Program-made: the position numbers and the translations under genes
In this document: positions 8,547-17,243 of the stretch, piece by piece
Layout: each line of letters begins with the position of its first letter
How positions within the stretch are numbered: position 1 is the stretch's first letter
Assembly (NCBI GenBank): GCA_902798595.1
Contig: CADBXE010000004.1
Coordinates: 3,659 to 67,658, forward strand
DNA from: an uncultured Erysipelotrichaceae bacterium
Lineage (GTDB): Bacteria; Bacillota_I; Bacilli_A; RFN20; CAG-826
Reading direction: 5' to 3'
DNA length: 64,000 nt
The notes under the pieces: model-generated
Seen by the model: the letters and a program-made list of their open reading frames with translations, nothing else
Databases searched by the model: none
What the model was told of the DNA's origin: nothing

Positions 8547-10193
8547 CTATTGATTAAAAGATGATTTTAATGGGCAAGTTCTGTTAAAAATCAAATGCTC
8601 TTTTGTTGAGTCCTTATCAGTACAATAGTAACCGGTTCTAATGAATTGGAAGTGATCTAGTGGCTTGGTATCCGCTAGAGAGGCTTCCACAAAACCTTCA
8701 AGTTTAACCCAAGAGTTTGGATTGAGTCTTTCAATGAATGTTTTGCCTTTTGTTTCTTCAGTTTCATCAAACACTAATGGTTCATATAAATTAAATGTCG
8801 CTTTTAAGGCTGTAGTGGCTTCAACATAATGGATTGTACCATTTGGTTTTCTTGCATCAAAACCGCTGCCAGATTTGGTTTCTGGGTCGTATGTGCAGTG
8901 GATTTCAGTAATCTTACCATCTGCGTCTTTAACTACACTATTACATTTAATGAAATAAGCATGCATTAAGCGGACTTCATCGCCGACGGATAATCTCTTC
9001 CATTTACGGTTTGGTTTTTCTTCAATGAAGTCTTCTTGTTCAATATATAAATATTTTCCAAAGGCAATTTTACGACTGCCTAATTCTTCGTTTTCCATAT
9101 TGTTTGGAGCGTCGCAGTATTCAATTTGGCCTTCTGGATAGTTATCAATCACAACTTTTAATGGGTTTAAGACCGCCATTGGACGTGTGGCTTTAAGCTT
9201 TAATTCTTCTCTAAGGAAGTTATCAAGGTTTTCAGCGTTTGTGGTGCTATTGATTCTTGATAAACCTGTGTAGACGATAAAGTTCTTAATCGCGTCTGGA
9301 GTTAAACCCTTTCTCTTTAAACCAACAAGTGTTGGCATACGTGGATCATCATAGCCAGTGACATAGCCACCATCAACTAATTGACGGAGATATCTCTTTG
9401 ACATCACTGTGTTAGTAATGTTTAATCTGCCCCATTCATATTGATGTGGGACATTTGGCATTTCACATTTTTCGACGAACCAGTCATATAAAGGACGGTG
9501 GTTATCGAATTCTAAGGAACACATGGAGTGGGTAACGCCTTCAATCGCATCTTGTAATGGGTGAGCAAAGTCATACATTGGATAAATGCACCACTTTGTA
9601 CCTTGTCTATGATGTGGGACATGTAGAATACGATACATGACTGGGTCACGCATATTGATATTTGGTGAAGCCATATCGATTTTTGCTCTTAATGTCTTTT
9701 CACCATTACCATATTTGCCTTCACGCATTTCTTGGAATAGTTTTAAGTTTTCTTCAATGGATCTATTTCTATATGGAGAATCTTTACCAGGTTCAGTTAA
9801 GGTACCACGGTATTCAGTAATTTCGTCCGCGGTTAAATCATCAACGTACGCTAGGCCTTTCTTAATTAAAAGGATGGCTCTGTTGTATTGTTCCTCGAAG
9901 TAATCACTACCGAAGAAGATATTTTTTGGTTCATAGCCTAACCATTTAATATCGTTAATAATGGCTTGGACATATTCAGCACCTTCGTTAACTGGGTTAG
10001 TATCATCAAATCTTAAGTTTGTGTAACCACCGAATGCTTTAGCGAGCTCAAAGTCATTGATGACCGCTCTAGCGTGGCCAATATGTAAATAGGCGTTTGG
10101 TTCAGGAGGGAATCTGGTCACAATGTTTTTTACACGGCCTTCTTCTAAGTCCTTCTCCATGATGGTTTTGATAAAGTTGTTAATTTCTTCCAT
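8547..10193 (-). CDS. glnS: Glutaminyl-tRNA synthetase
   Basis: Class I HIGH (LHIGHA) and VMSKR motifs. The RFPPEPNAYLHIGH...LRFDDTNP pattern and 548-aa length fit GlnRS rather than GluRS. Confidence 0.9.
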   Translation of the reverse strand: MEEINNFIKTIMEKDLEEGRVKNIVTRFPPEPNAYLHIGHARAVINDFELAKAFGGYTNLRFDDTNPVNEGAEYVQAIINDIKWLGYEPKNIFFGSDYFEEQYNRAILLIKKGLAYVDDLTADEITEYRGTLTEPGKDSPYRNRSIEENLKLFQEMREGKYGNGEKTLRAKIDMASPNINMRDPVMYRILHVPHHRQGTKWCIYPMYDFAHPLQDAIEGVTHSMCSLEFDNHRPLYDWFVEKCEMPNVPHQYEWGRLNITNTVMSKRYLRQLVDGGYVTGYDDPRMPTLVGLKRKGLTPDAIKNFIVYTGLSRINSTTNAENLDNFLREELKLKATRPMAVLNPLKVVIDNYPEGQIEYCDAPNNMENEELGSRKIAFGKYLYIEQEDFIEEKPNRKWKRLSVGDEVRLMHAYFIKCNSVVKDADGKITEIHCTYDPETKSGSGFDARKPNGTIHYVEATTALKATFNLYEPLVFDETEETKGKTFIERLNPNSWVKLEGFVEASLADTKPLDHFQFIRTGYYCTDKDSTKEHLIFNRTCPLKSSFNQ

Positions 10194-10264
10194 AACTAAA
10201 TCCTCGCCAATATTTTACTCTTGTTAGATTGGCAATCAATAATAATTGTTATTTAAGCAATTAT

Positions 10265-11122
10265 TTAGCCTTGCTTCTTTTTACTGAAAACTGGCCAAAA
10301 TGCATCCGCACCATAATCAATACGATTGAGTTTCATGAGTTCAACCATATCTTCTTCTTTAATTTCGAAATCAAGTTTCATATTGTCTTCGATGTGCTCT
10401 TTGCTTGATGCTTTTGGAATAGAGATAGTATCTAATTGCAATGTGTATTTAATACATAACTGTGGTACTGATACGTTGTATTTATCCGCCATTTTCTGAA
10501 TAGTTTCATTATCTAATGCTTTACCATGAGCAATTGGAGAATAAGCTTCGACAACAATATCGTTTTCCTGACAGAACTTAATAACATCAACAGGGGTCTC
10601 ACCAATGTGTAAAAGAATTTGGTTTGCCATTGGTTTAATTTCGCAGTTATTCATGATGTTTTCTAGATCATCCACTAAGAAATTCGATACACCTATGGCC
10701 TTAAGCTTGCCTTCTTTATAAGCATCTTCCATAGCTTTCCAAACTTGAATGTTTTGTTTGAAATATCTAAATGGTCCTCTAAATAAAGCCCAAGGCTGTG
10801 GACAATGAATGAGCATTAAATCGATGTAATCTACGCCTAATTTCTTGAGAGATTCATCAATGGATGCTTTGGCTTTTTTATAGGATTTTAGTTCCGCTTT
10901 AACCTTAGAAGTAATGAACACGTCCTCTCTTTTGAGACCAGATTCTCTGATTCCTTGACCAACTCCTTCTTCGTTTCCATATGCTTGTGCGGTATCAATA
11001 TGACGATATCCTGCTTGTAATGCCATTCTCACACAGCTAGCAGCGTTTTCATTTTTAATTAACCATGTGCCATAGGCTAAAGCTGGCGCTTTCACACCAT
11101 TACTCAAAACAAATTCTTTCAT
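10265..11122 (-). CDS. Aldo/keto reductase
   Basis: GYRHIDTAQAYGNE, LIHCP and GVSNF motifs. Confidence 0.88.
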   Translation of the reverse strand: MKEFVLSNGVKAPALAYGTWLIKNENAASCVRMALQAGYRHIDTAQAYGNEEGVGQGIRESGLKREDVFITSKVKAELKSYKKAKASIDESLKKLGVDYIDLMLIHCPQPWALFRGPFRYFKQNIQVWKAMEDAYKEGKLKAIGVSNFLVDDLENIMNNCEIKPMANQILLHIGETPVDVIKFCQENDIVVEAYSPIAHGKALDNETIQKMADKYNVSVPQLCIKYTLQLDTISIPKASSKEHIEDNMKLDFEIKEEDMVELMKLNRIDYGADAFWPVFSKKKQG

Positions 11123-11184
11123 ATAAGTTTCCTCGATAGTTTCATTTTGTCATAATCTCTTTATTTTCCAAAACAAAAAGCAAC

Positions 11185-11218
11185 AAAAAGAAAGGATCTG
11201 GCGAACCAGACCCTTTCC
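11185..11218 (-). terminator. Intrinsic terminator of lipoprotein gene A
   Basis: On the minus strand: GGAAAGGGTCTGG-ttcg-CCAGATCCTTTC followed by a T-run. Confidence 0.7.
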
Positions 11219-11239
11219 GGATTTTCTATTGCTATTTAA

Positions 11240-12841
11240 TTATTTAGCAGAGAGTTTGAAGACATCTAAGCTTGGGCAAGAACCTTCGATTGTGACGACT
11301 AAGGTATTTTCACCGGACTTAACAGCAACATCACCGATAACCACCTCGGCCATTGAAGAAGTATAGCCTTCTGGTGCTGGGAATTCAGCGGTTTCAGGAA
11401 TTGTCACGTTATTGTTATTTAACTTAATGCTCATACCATCTTTAAGGACGTATGCAGCAGCTTCGCCACCCATGCTCACTGGAGAGCTACCAACAACAGA
11501 GAGAACCATTGTAGCATTCGCTGTAGCTTGGAACTTCATGGTTAATGTTAAACCATCACTACCAAAGTTCATGACGTAAGCACTACCACTATGGACTTCA
11601 CTACCGCCCATCATACCGCCATCTTGCATAATGCTTGGACCACTCATATTGAAGGATCCTGGTGTGAGTTCTGCTAATTCTTCAGCAGATTCAGCTTCAA
11701 CAAGAATTTGACCAGCAACTGGTTTTGGCTTGACAGTGATTTCAAGTCTAACGGAGTACATACCTTCTTTTTTCACTGTGACATTGGTTTTACCAACTTT
11801 AACACCGGTAACAACACCAGCATTACTAACAGCGGCAATTGTTTCATCGCTAGAGACGTATGTAACGCCTGCTAAGTTATTCTTAACTTGAATGTTAACT
11901 GTTTCTTCGACGATAACTTCTAATTTATCGTTAACGACTTCAATTTGTTGTTTAGCAGCAGGATTTGTTAATGTCACTGTCGCTTCTTTTGCATAAACTG
12001 CGAGTTCGTTTAAGAAGATGTTTGTAGCTTGCAAGAATTCAAATTCAAGAGTGTTATTAGCAGCGATATCTAAATTGCCTAAAGAAACATCGGCGAATTC
12101 AAGAGAATTACCCCAGTCACCAGCATGAGCTTCTAATGTCTTGCCTGTTAAGTTAATGGCAGTGCCATTTAATTTAATAGTCATGATTTCCGCTAAGTTA
12201 GCTTCGTCACTATTACCAATATTTAGCATCAATTCAGCCTTATCGGCTTTGCTAGCAGTGAATTTAACTGTTTCTTTATCACCAACGCCGAAACCACCGA
12301 TGAATGTTTCTGCTGGTTCTTCAGTTTGTTGACCCCAAGAGGATTGTTGGGCGATTGGGTTCCAACCATTAACGGTTTGCATTGCAAATCCCATACCACC
12401 TGTTGGGAGTTCCCACCAACCATCAGCTGAATAGTGCTCGGCTGCTGTTGTTAAATCAAATGTTGCTGTGGCTGCTGGTCTTGGAACGCTGATTGCGATT
12501 GTACCATTGAGGTAGCCTTCTTTTTTAGCGGTGATTGTAGCATCGCCATAACCGACTGCTGTGACAACGCCTTCTTCAGAAACTGTCGCAACATTGGCGT
12601 CTGATGTTTCCCATTTAACGTCAGTAACGTTAGCGGTTAATTTCACTGTTTCATTAAGCGCTAAACTCTTTTTGTCGCCTTCTGCAGTAACAGCGATTCT
12701 TTCTTTTTGTGATGTGCTCTGTTGAGAGCTTGTCTGGTTTCCTTTACTGCTCTTGTCTGCAGGTTGGTTACATGCTGTTAATCCCATGCTTAAAAGCAAA
12801 CCAAATGCGACAGCGGGAAGGAAAAATTTTGTCTTTTTCAT
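11240..12841 (-). CDS. Surface lipoprotein A: [Big_2 Ig-like + CBM-like beta-sandwich] x2
   Basis: Signal peptide with lipobox LTAC (Cys24). Two Big_2 signatures (WETSDANVATVSEEGVVTAVGYGDATITA and VSSDETIAAVSNAGVVTGVKVGKTNVTV), each followed by a module of about 160 aa. Confidence 0.8.
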   Translation of the reverse strand: MKKTKFFLPAVAFGLLLSMGLTACNQPADKSSKGNQTSSQQSTSQKERIAVTAEGDKKSLALNETVKLTANVTDVKWETSDANVATVSEEGVVTAVGYGDATITAKKEGYLNGTIAISVPRPAATATFDLTTAAEHYSADGWWELPTGGMGFAMQTVNGWNPIAQQSSWGQQTEEPAETFIGGFGVGDKETVKFTASKADKAELMLNIGNSDEANLAEIMTIKLNGTAINLTGKTLEAHAGDWGNSLEFADVSLGNLDIAANNTLEFEFLQATNIFLNELAVYAKEATVTLTNPAAKQQIEVVNDKLEVIVEETVNIQVKNNLAGVTYVSSDETIAAVSNAGVVTGVKVGKTNVTVKKEGMYSVRLEITVKPKPVAGQILVEAESAEELAELTPGSFNMSGPSIMQDGGMMGGSEVHSGSAYVMNFGSDGLTLTMKFQATANATMVLSVVGSSPVSMGGEAAAYVLKDGMSIKLNNNNVTIPETAEFPAPEGYTSSMAEVVIGDVAVKSGENTLVVTIEGSCPSLDVFKLSAK

Positions 12842-12965
12842 TTTAAAATCCCTTTCTTTAAATTAAATCGACAAATATGTGGCCAACAAAAATGAAAATT
12901 TAAATATCCAACTTTTGCTAACTATCTATAAATCATTATACCCCTATAAAAATGGCAATTAAGTA

Positions 12966-12984
12966 ATTTATGTTTCATTTAAGG
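12966..12984. repeat. 19-nt exact repeat, copy 1 (atttatgtttcatttaagg)
   Basis: Identical to 17190-17208. Both copies lie in intergenic DNA upstream of lipoprotein genes A and C. Confidence 0.9.
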
Positions 12985-12991
12985 AAAATAT

Positions 12992-13019
12992 AAAAAAAGC
13001 GACTTTTAGTCGCCTTTTT
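12992..13019 (-). terminator. Intrinsic terminator of lipoprotein gene B
   Basis: aaaaaaGCGACttttaGTCGCcttttt, located directly after the stop at 13031. Confidence 0.7.
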
Positions 13020-13030
13020 AGTAATGTTTT

Positions 13031-15346
13031 TTAATAAAAGAGTCTCACATTTTCTGTGAACAGCAAACGATAATCTGAGTTATTGTGAATAAATTCAATC
13101 TCTAGATTGGTGTCGTTTTCAATATTATAGTTAGCGATATCGAAATATTGCCCAGAAGTTGTTAAACCTAATTGAGAATATGTTTTACCGTTTTCTAGAA
13201 GAATGGTTTGTGTAACACCATTAATCTTAAGAGAATACAACGTATTATCGAATTGGTGGCTCTTATGAGAGTCAACGCCACTGGACATCTTCATATTAAA
13301 TTGAAGTCTAACTTCACCAGCCTTAGCAGGAATATCCCATTTAAGCGTAGTTTTAACCTTATTAGTTCCACCAATCTTGCCATCACTACCAAGAACACCA
13401 TCGATTGATGAGTAATCACTAAACTTGATATCGATGTATTTCTTGCCACAGCTACATAAATAGGTAGTTACTTGTTTCCCTGCTTTGTTGGTCACTGGGG
13501 TCTGTGCAACATAGTTATGAGAAGTATGTTCTTGTTCACCGCCACCACCTTGTTGTTGACCACCACCTGTGCCGTTCGCGGCATCAAAGATATAAATACC
13601 GCCAACATTCATAGAATTAGAAGTGCCTGTTAACTTAATGGAGTGAGAGCCAGCAGGAATATCTACTTCGCCTAGGATAACTGGATAATAGTTTGTTCTA
13701 GAACCACACTTGCCCATTCTAGCATCAGAATAGGATTGATCCTTCATAGCGATAGCGGCATTGTCCAAAGAACAACCAATAGCATCCGCGATTTTTTTAG
13801 AAGATGAAGAATCACCGTTGCCTAAATACGCTACTACTTGACCTCTGAAATCTTGAGTGGTTGTGAATGAATAGCTAACCGATTGAGAAGAACTATTTAG
13901 AACGAAGTAATTATCTGGATTGTTTCTATCAGATGTATCAGTTTTAACTGTTGTGCCGTTTCCTGTTAATAAATTGGCGGGGGCGATAATTTGACCAGCA
14001 TCATTATCCTTAGCGGTTTGTCCTTCAGTTAAGTTACTAATAATGGTATCTAATGTGTTTCTAGAAACACCAATAGCCAATAACATATTATAAACTTTGT
14101 TTTTAAATGTCTTACCAGACATATTTTGGATGTCATTGATGTAGTTTTGAATATTATCCGCACCTGCGGCTGCACCAATGTATCTCTTTTCGCCGATTTT
14201 TCCAAAGTTGGAGAATAAGTAGTCTTGGTAGATTTCGTTTAAGGAAACGCCTAATAAACCTGATAACAAAATAGCGCATAAACCTGTTCTATCTGTACCG
14301 ATACGGCAGTGGAAATAAACAGGATAGTTATTTGAATCACCTAATAAGTTAAAGAAATTTTTCACTGATTCAGCATTTCTGGAGAAATGATGTGAACCAC
14401 CACTATAATCCATTTTGAATTCTTTTACAGTTGTGCCAGATAATTTGAGATTATAGCTACTACCATCCGCCACATTGACTTCGGTTTTCACTTTCAAGTG
14501 TTGAAGCATCTCTTTCTTACCAGCTTCTGTGATTTCTGTGCTGTAGTCGTACTTGAAGCCACTTGTACGATAAATGAGGCCTTGTTTCATCTTGCCACCA
14601 TCTTCAAGTGTTCTACCACCCATATCACGACAGTTAGTCATACCACCAATAGCAAGGTTCCTTGGATAAGTGGTGTCAACATCAAATGTTCTAATTGCAG
14701 TTTCATCTTTTGTGCCATCGTAGAAGTTGGCCACTAATTTGAAATAGTTTCTGCCTAAGTATGGGTTATAGTACGCTAATGACTTGTTGGTTGTGGTTAT
14801 CGTATAACCATCGCTTAAATCAGCTTTTTGACCACTAATAAAACTATAGTTAGAGACCGTTTTACCACTTGGAGCGGTATAGTTCCAAGAAAGATTCACA
14901 GGCAACGAATCTGATTTATGAACCGAGCCATCAGGGTATTGATTTTCAGGCATTTGAGCGTAATTGCCTGTATATGAAAGATATGTCTTCTGTTCAGCTG
15001 TATGGATTTCTACCGGAGAATTAAACTCGGTGATATTACTAAAACCCTCTTGTCCTCCAGGTTGTTGACTTGAACTACTTGGTTGAGATTGGCTAGAAGC
15101 GCTTGAACTACTAGATTGATTACTGCTTGTTGGTGCGCTTTGGCTTGAACTAGAGCTAGATTGACTTTGTTCTGGTTCGGTCGAATCAGAAGCCGGATTA
15201 GTCGATTTATCGCTACTATCAACAGTGCTCGCTGGATTATCATTGCTTGTTTGATCACTATTTCCACCATTAGAGAAGATGGAACAGGAAGAAAGGAGCA
15301 AAGTCGATAAAAAAGCGAGGCTTAAAAATAATTTCCTTTTATGCAT
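13031..15346 (-). CDS. Surface lipoprotein B: Ser-rich linker + Fn3-like domain + CX5R phosphatase domain + two beta-sandwich modules
   Basis: Lipobox LLSSC (Cys21). P-loop HCRIGTDRTG encoded at 14282-14311. CRDMGG...GLIYRTSG motifs. 771 aa. Confidence 0.8.
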   Translation of the reverse strand: MHKRKLFLSLAFLSTLLLSSCSIFSNGGNSDQTSNDNPASTVDSSDKSTNPASDSTEPEQSQSSSSSSQSAPTSSNQSSSSSASSQSQPSSSSQQPGGQEGFSNITEFNSPVEIHTAEQKTYLSYTGNYAQMPENQYPDGSVHKSDSLPVNLSWNYTAPSGKTVSNYSFISGQKADLSDGYTITTTNKSLAYYNPYLGRNYFKLVANFYDGTKDETAIRTFDVDTTYPRNLAIGGMTNCRDMGGRTLEDGGKMKQGLIYRTSGFKYDYSTEITEAGKKEMLQHLKVKTEVNVADGSSYNLKLSGTTVKEFKMDYSGGSHHFSRNAESVKNFFNLLGDSNNYPVYFHCRIGTDRTGLCAILLSGLLGVSLNEIYQDYLFSNFGKIGEKRYIGAAAGADNIQNYINDIQNMSGKTFKNKVYNMLLAIGVSRNTLDTIISNLTEGQTAKDNDAGQIIAPANLLTGNGTTVKTDTSDRNNPDNYFVLNSSSQSVSYSFTTTQDFRGQVVAYLGNGDSSSSKKIADAIGCSLDNAAIAMKDQSYSDARMGKCGSRTNYYPVILGEVDIPAGSHSIKLTGTSNSMNVGGIYIFDAANGTGGGQQQGGGGEQEHTSHNYVAQTPVTNKAGKQVTTYLCSCGKKYIDIKFSDYSSIDGVLGSDGKIGGTNKVKTTLKWDIPAKAGEVRLQFNMKMSSGVDSHKSHQFDNTLYSLKINGVTQTILLENGKTYSQLGLTTSGQYFDIANYNIENDTNLEIEFIHNNSDYRLLFTENVRLFY

Positions 15347-15408
15347 GGTTGTAACTCCCTTATTACTTATATTTTAAAAATATAAAGCACAAATATTCAA
15401 CACCTAAA

Positions 15409-15434
15409 TAAAAAGGCCCTCATGCGAGAGCCTT
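15409..15434 (-). terminator. Intrinsic terminator of lipoprotein gene C
   Basis: On the minus strand: AGGCTCTC-gcat-GAGGGCCT followed by TTTTTAT. Confidence 0.65.
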
Positions 15435-15457
15435 ATTTGATAGATGCATCCTTGAGA

Positions 15458-17113
15458 TTATTCAGCGTGATCTGCTACAACAATAGATGCAATGTTGAAT
15501 GTTCCGGTCTTAACGCTGATTTCCACTGTATGTTCAGCAGCAGTGAAATCATAATTACCTAAAATATTGAACATGTAACCGATTCTATCGTTGCTTCTTG
15601 TTTTACCAAAACCAGCTGTCCACAAGTTCTTTGTGCTAGCAATTGTTTGATCAGCATCATCGATTTTTAAACCAATAGCAGCGGATAATTTTGTAGTTGT
15701 GCTTGTGGAAACAGAGCCTGTGTAGCCCATGTAGACGATAATGTCTTTTTTGCCAGCAGTTGTTGTGGCTTTGAACTTAATGCTGCCGTTAGTAGGAATA
15801 GCATAATAAGTTGCTGGGCTCTTATAGTCTGTCTTTGTTGTTTTACTAACTGTTGTCTCTAAACCACTATCTTCGCCGATTTTAGCGGTATTTGGAATTG
15901 TAGCCTTTGTACCTTCGGTCATGATATCGATGATCTTATTTAACTTAGCGGCTGGAACACCAATCATGCGGAGAGCAAGATAGACTTTCTCTTGGAAATT
16001 AGCACCTGGTAAGGCTAAGAGTTCATCGATGTATTTAACGATATCGTCACCATTTGTGTCGTTTGGTTTGTTTGGATATCTTTGGTTATCGATTGGAGCG
16101 AAATTAGAGAAACCATAATCTTGGATACATTCGTTGAATGGAACGCCAAGTAAACCGTTAATCATAATGCCAGTGATACCTGTTCTATCGGTACCAATAC
16201 GGCAGTGATAGAAGACTGGGTAGTTAGCTTCATCAGCCAAAACATCCATAACTTGTCTCACTTTAACGGAGTTTCTTGCTAAGTTGGAATATGGAACTGA
16301 GCCGTAATCCATGTAGCAGTTTTCAAGTTTAACATTATCTAAATTAACGTTATTGTCTGTTTTATCAGCAACGTTGATTTCTGTTTTGACTCTTAATTGT
16401 TCAGTTAAGATTCTTCTGGCTTCTGCATCAGATGGAGTACTGTTATCAAACTTGCTACCACTTGTACGATAAATTAAACCTTGTTTGATTTTGCCACCGG
16501 CATAGGTTGTTCTGCCACCCATATCACGGCAGTTTGGCATATTACCAACGTATAAGTTTCTTGGAGCTTGTTCTGTCACTTTAAAGGTTTTAACATCAGA
16601 TGATTGTTTATCGCCTGTTGTGAAGTTGGCAACGATTTTGAAATAGTTTGTGCCTAAGAAGGAGTTATAGAAACTGATTGTTGGTTGATTTGTACCTTCA
16701 ACAGTATATGGATTGCTTAAGTCCATATTCTTGGAGAAGACTAGTGTGTATTTACTAACTTCATAGCCTTCTGGCGCAGTAAATTCCCAACTGAGTGTGG
16801 TTTTTTCTGGAGTTGAAACGTTTTTATTGCCTTTCGCATCACAGCTATCTAAATCACTCTTGGTCATTGAATAGTATTCTTTCGCGAGATTTAAATACTT
16901 AAGTTGGTTTGTTGTGTGAATTTCTTGAGGGTTATTAAGTTCAGTATCATTGAAATTAAATGTGCCACCAGTAATTTCGCCTGGATCTTTGCTAGGTTGA
17001 ATAATGCTGCTATCGCCTTCTTCACCTGACTTTTTGCTTTGGTTTGCACCACCACAACCAGTCAAGCTTAAAACGGCAACAAGAAGCGAACCTAAAAAAT
17101 AATTTTTGTTCAT
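15458..17113 (-). CDS. Surface lipoprotein C: paralogue of B (Fn3-like + CX5R phosphatase + one beta-sandwich module)
   Basis: Lipobox LTGC (Cys20). P-loop HCRIGTDRTG encoded at 16188-16217. Collinear with B across the N-terminal and catalytic domains. Confidence 0.8.
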   Translation of the reverse strand: MNKNYFLGSLLVAVLSLTGCGGANQSKKSGEEGDSSIIQPSKDPGEITGGTFNFNDTELNNPQEIHTTNQLKYLNLAKEYYSMTKSDLDSCDAKGNKNVSTPEKTTLSWEFTAPEGYEVSKYTLVFSKNMDLSNPYTVEGTNQPTISFYNSFLGTNYFKIVANFTTGDKQSSDVKTFKVTEQAPRNLYVGNMPNCRDMGGRTTYAGGKIKQGLIYRTSGSKFDNSTPSDAEARRILTEQLRVKTEINVADKTDNNVNLDNVKLENCYMDYGSVPYSNLARNSVKVRQVMDVLADEANYPVFYHCRIGTDRTGITGIMINGLLGVPFNECIQDYGFSNFAPIDNQRYPNKPNDTNGDDIVKYIDELLALPGANFQEKVYLALRMIGVPAAKLNKIIDIMTEGTKATIPNTAKIGEDSGLETTVSKTTKTDYKSPATYYAIPTNGSIKFKATTTAGKKDIIVYMGYTGSVSTSTTTKLSAAIGLKIDDADQTIASTKNLWTAGFGKTRSNDRIGYMFNILGNYDFTAAEHTVEISVKTGTFNIASIVVADHAE

Positions 17114-17160
17114 AGTGCTGTTTACCTCTAGTTTGGTATTTTATACTATTTTCCTTTAAA

Positions 17161-17189
17161 TAAAAAGTGACCTTTTTTAAAGAGGTCAC
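17161..17189 (-). terminator. Intrinsic terminator of the 201-aa membrane protein gene
   Basis: On the minus strand: GTGACCtctttaaaaaaGGTCAC followed by TTTTTA. Confidence 0.6.
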
Positions 17190-17208
17190 ATTTATGTTTC
17201 ATTTAAGG
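17190..17208. repeat. 19-nt exact repeat, copy 2 (atttatgtttcatttaagg)
   Basis: Identical to 12966-12984. Confidence 0.9.
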
Positions 17209-17243
17209 TCGATTACACCTTACTATTTTATATAAAATAGAAT

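Noticed and set aside
10194-10264. Possible T-box leaders upstream of glnS and argS, and a THF riboswitch upstream of folC or the S-component gene.
   Set aside because: The upstream gaps (71 nt, 1 nt and 8 nt) are far too short for these roughly 200-nt or roughly 100-nt elements. I saw no T-box sequence (AANNNGGTGNTAC-like).
12930-12986. 18-codon upstream ORFs starting within the 19-nt repeat on the minus strand: MKHKLLNCHFYRGIMIYR at the first copy and MKHKCDLFKKGHFLFKGK at 17150-17203.
   Set aside because: Neither has a Shine-Dalgarno. The sequences diverge right after the shared MKHK, and one of them runs through a terminator hairpin. This is most likely coincidental.
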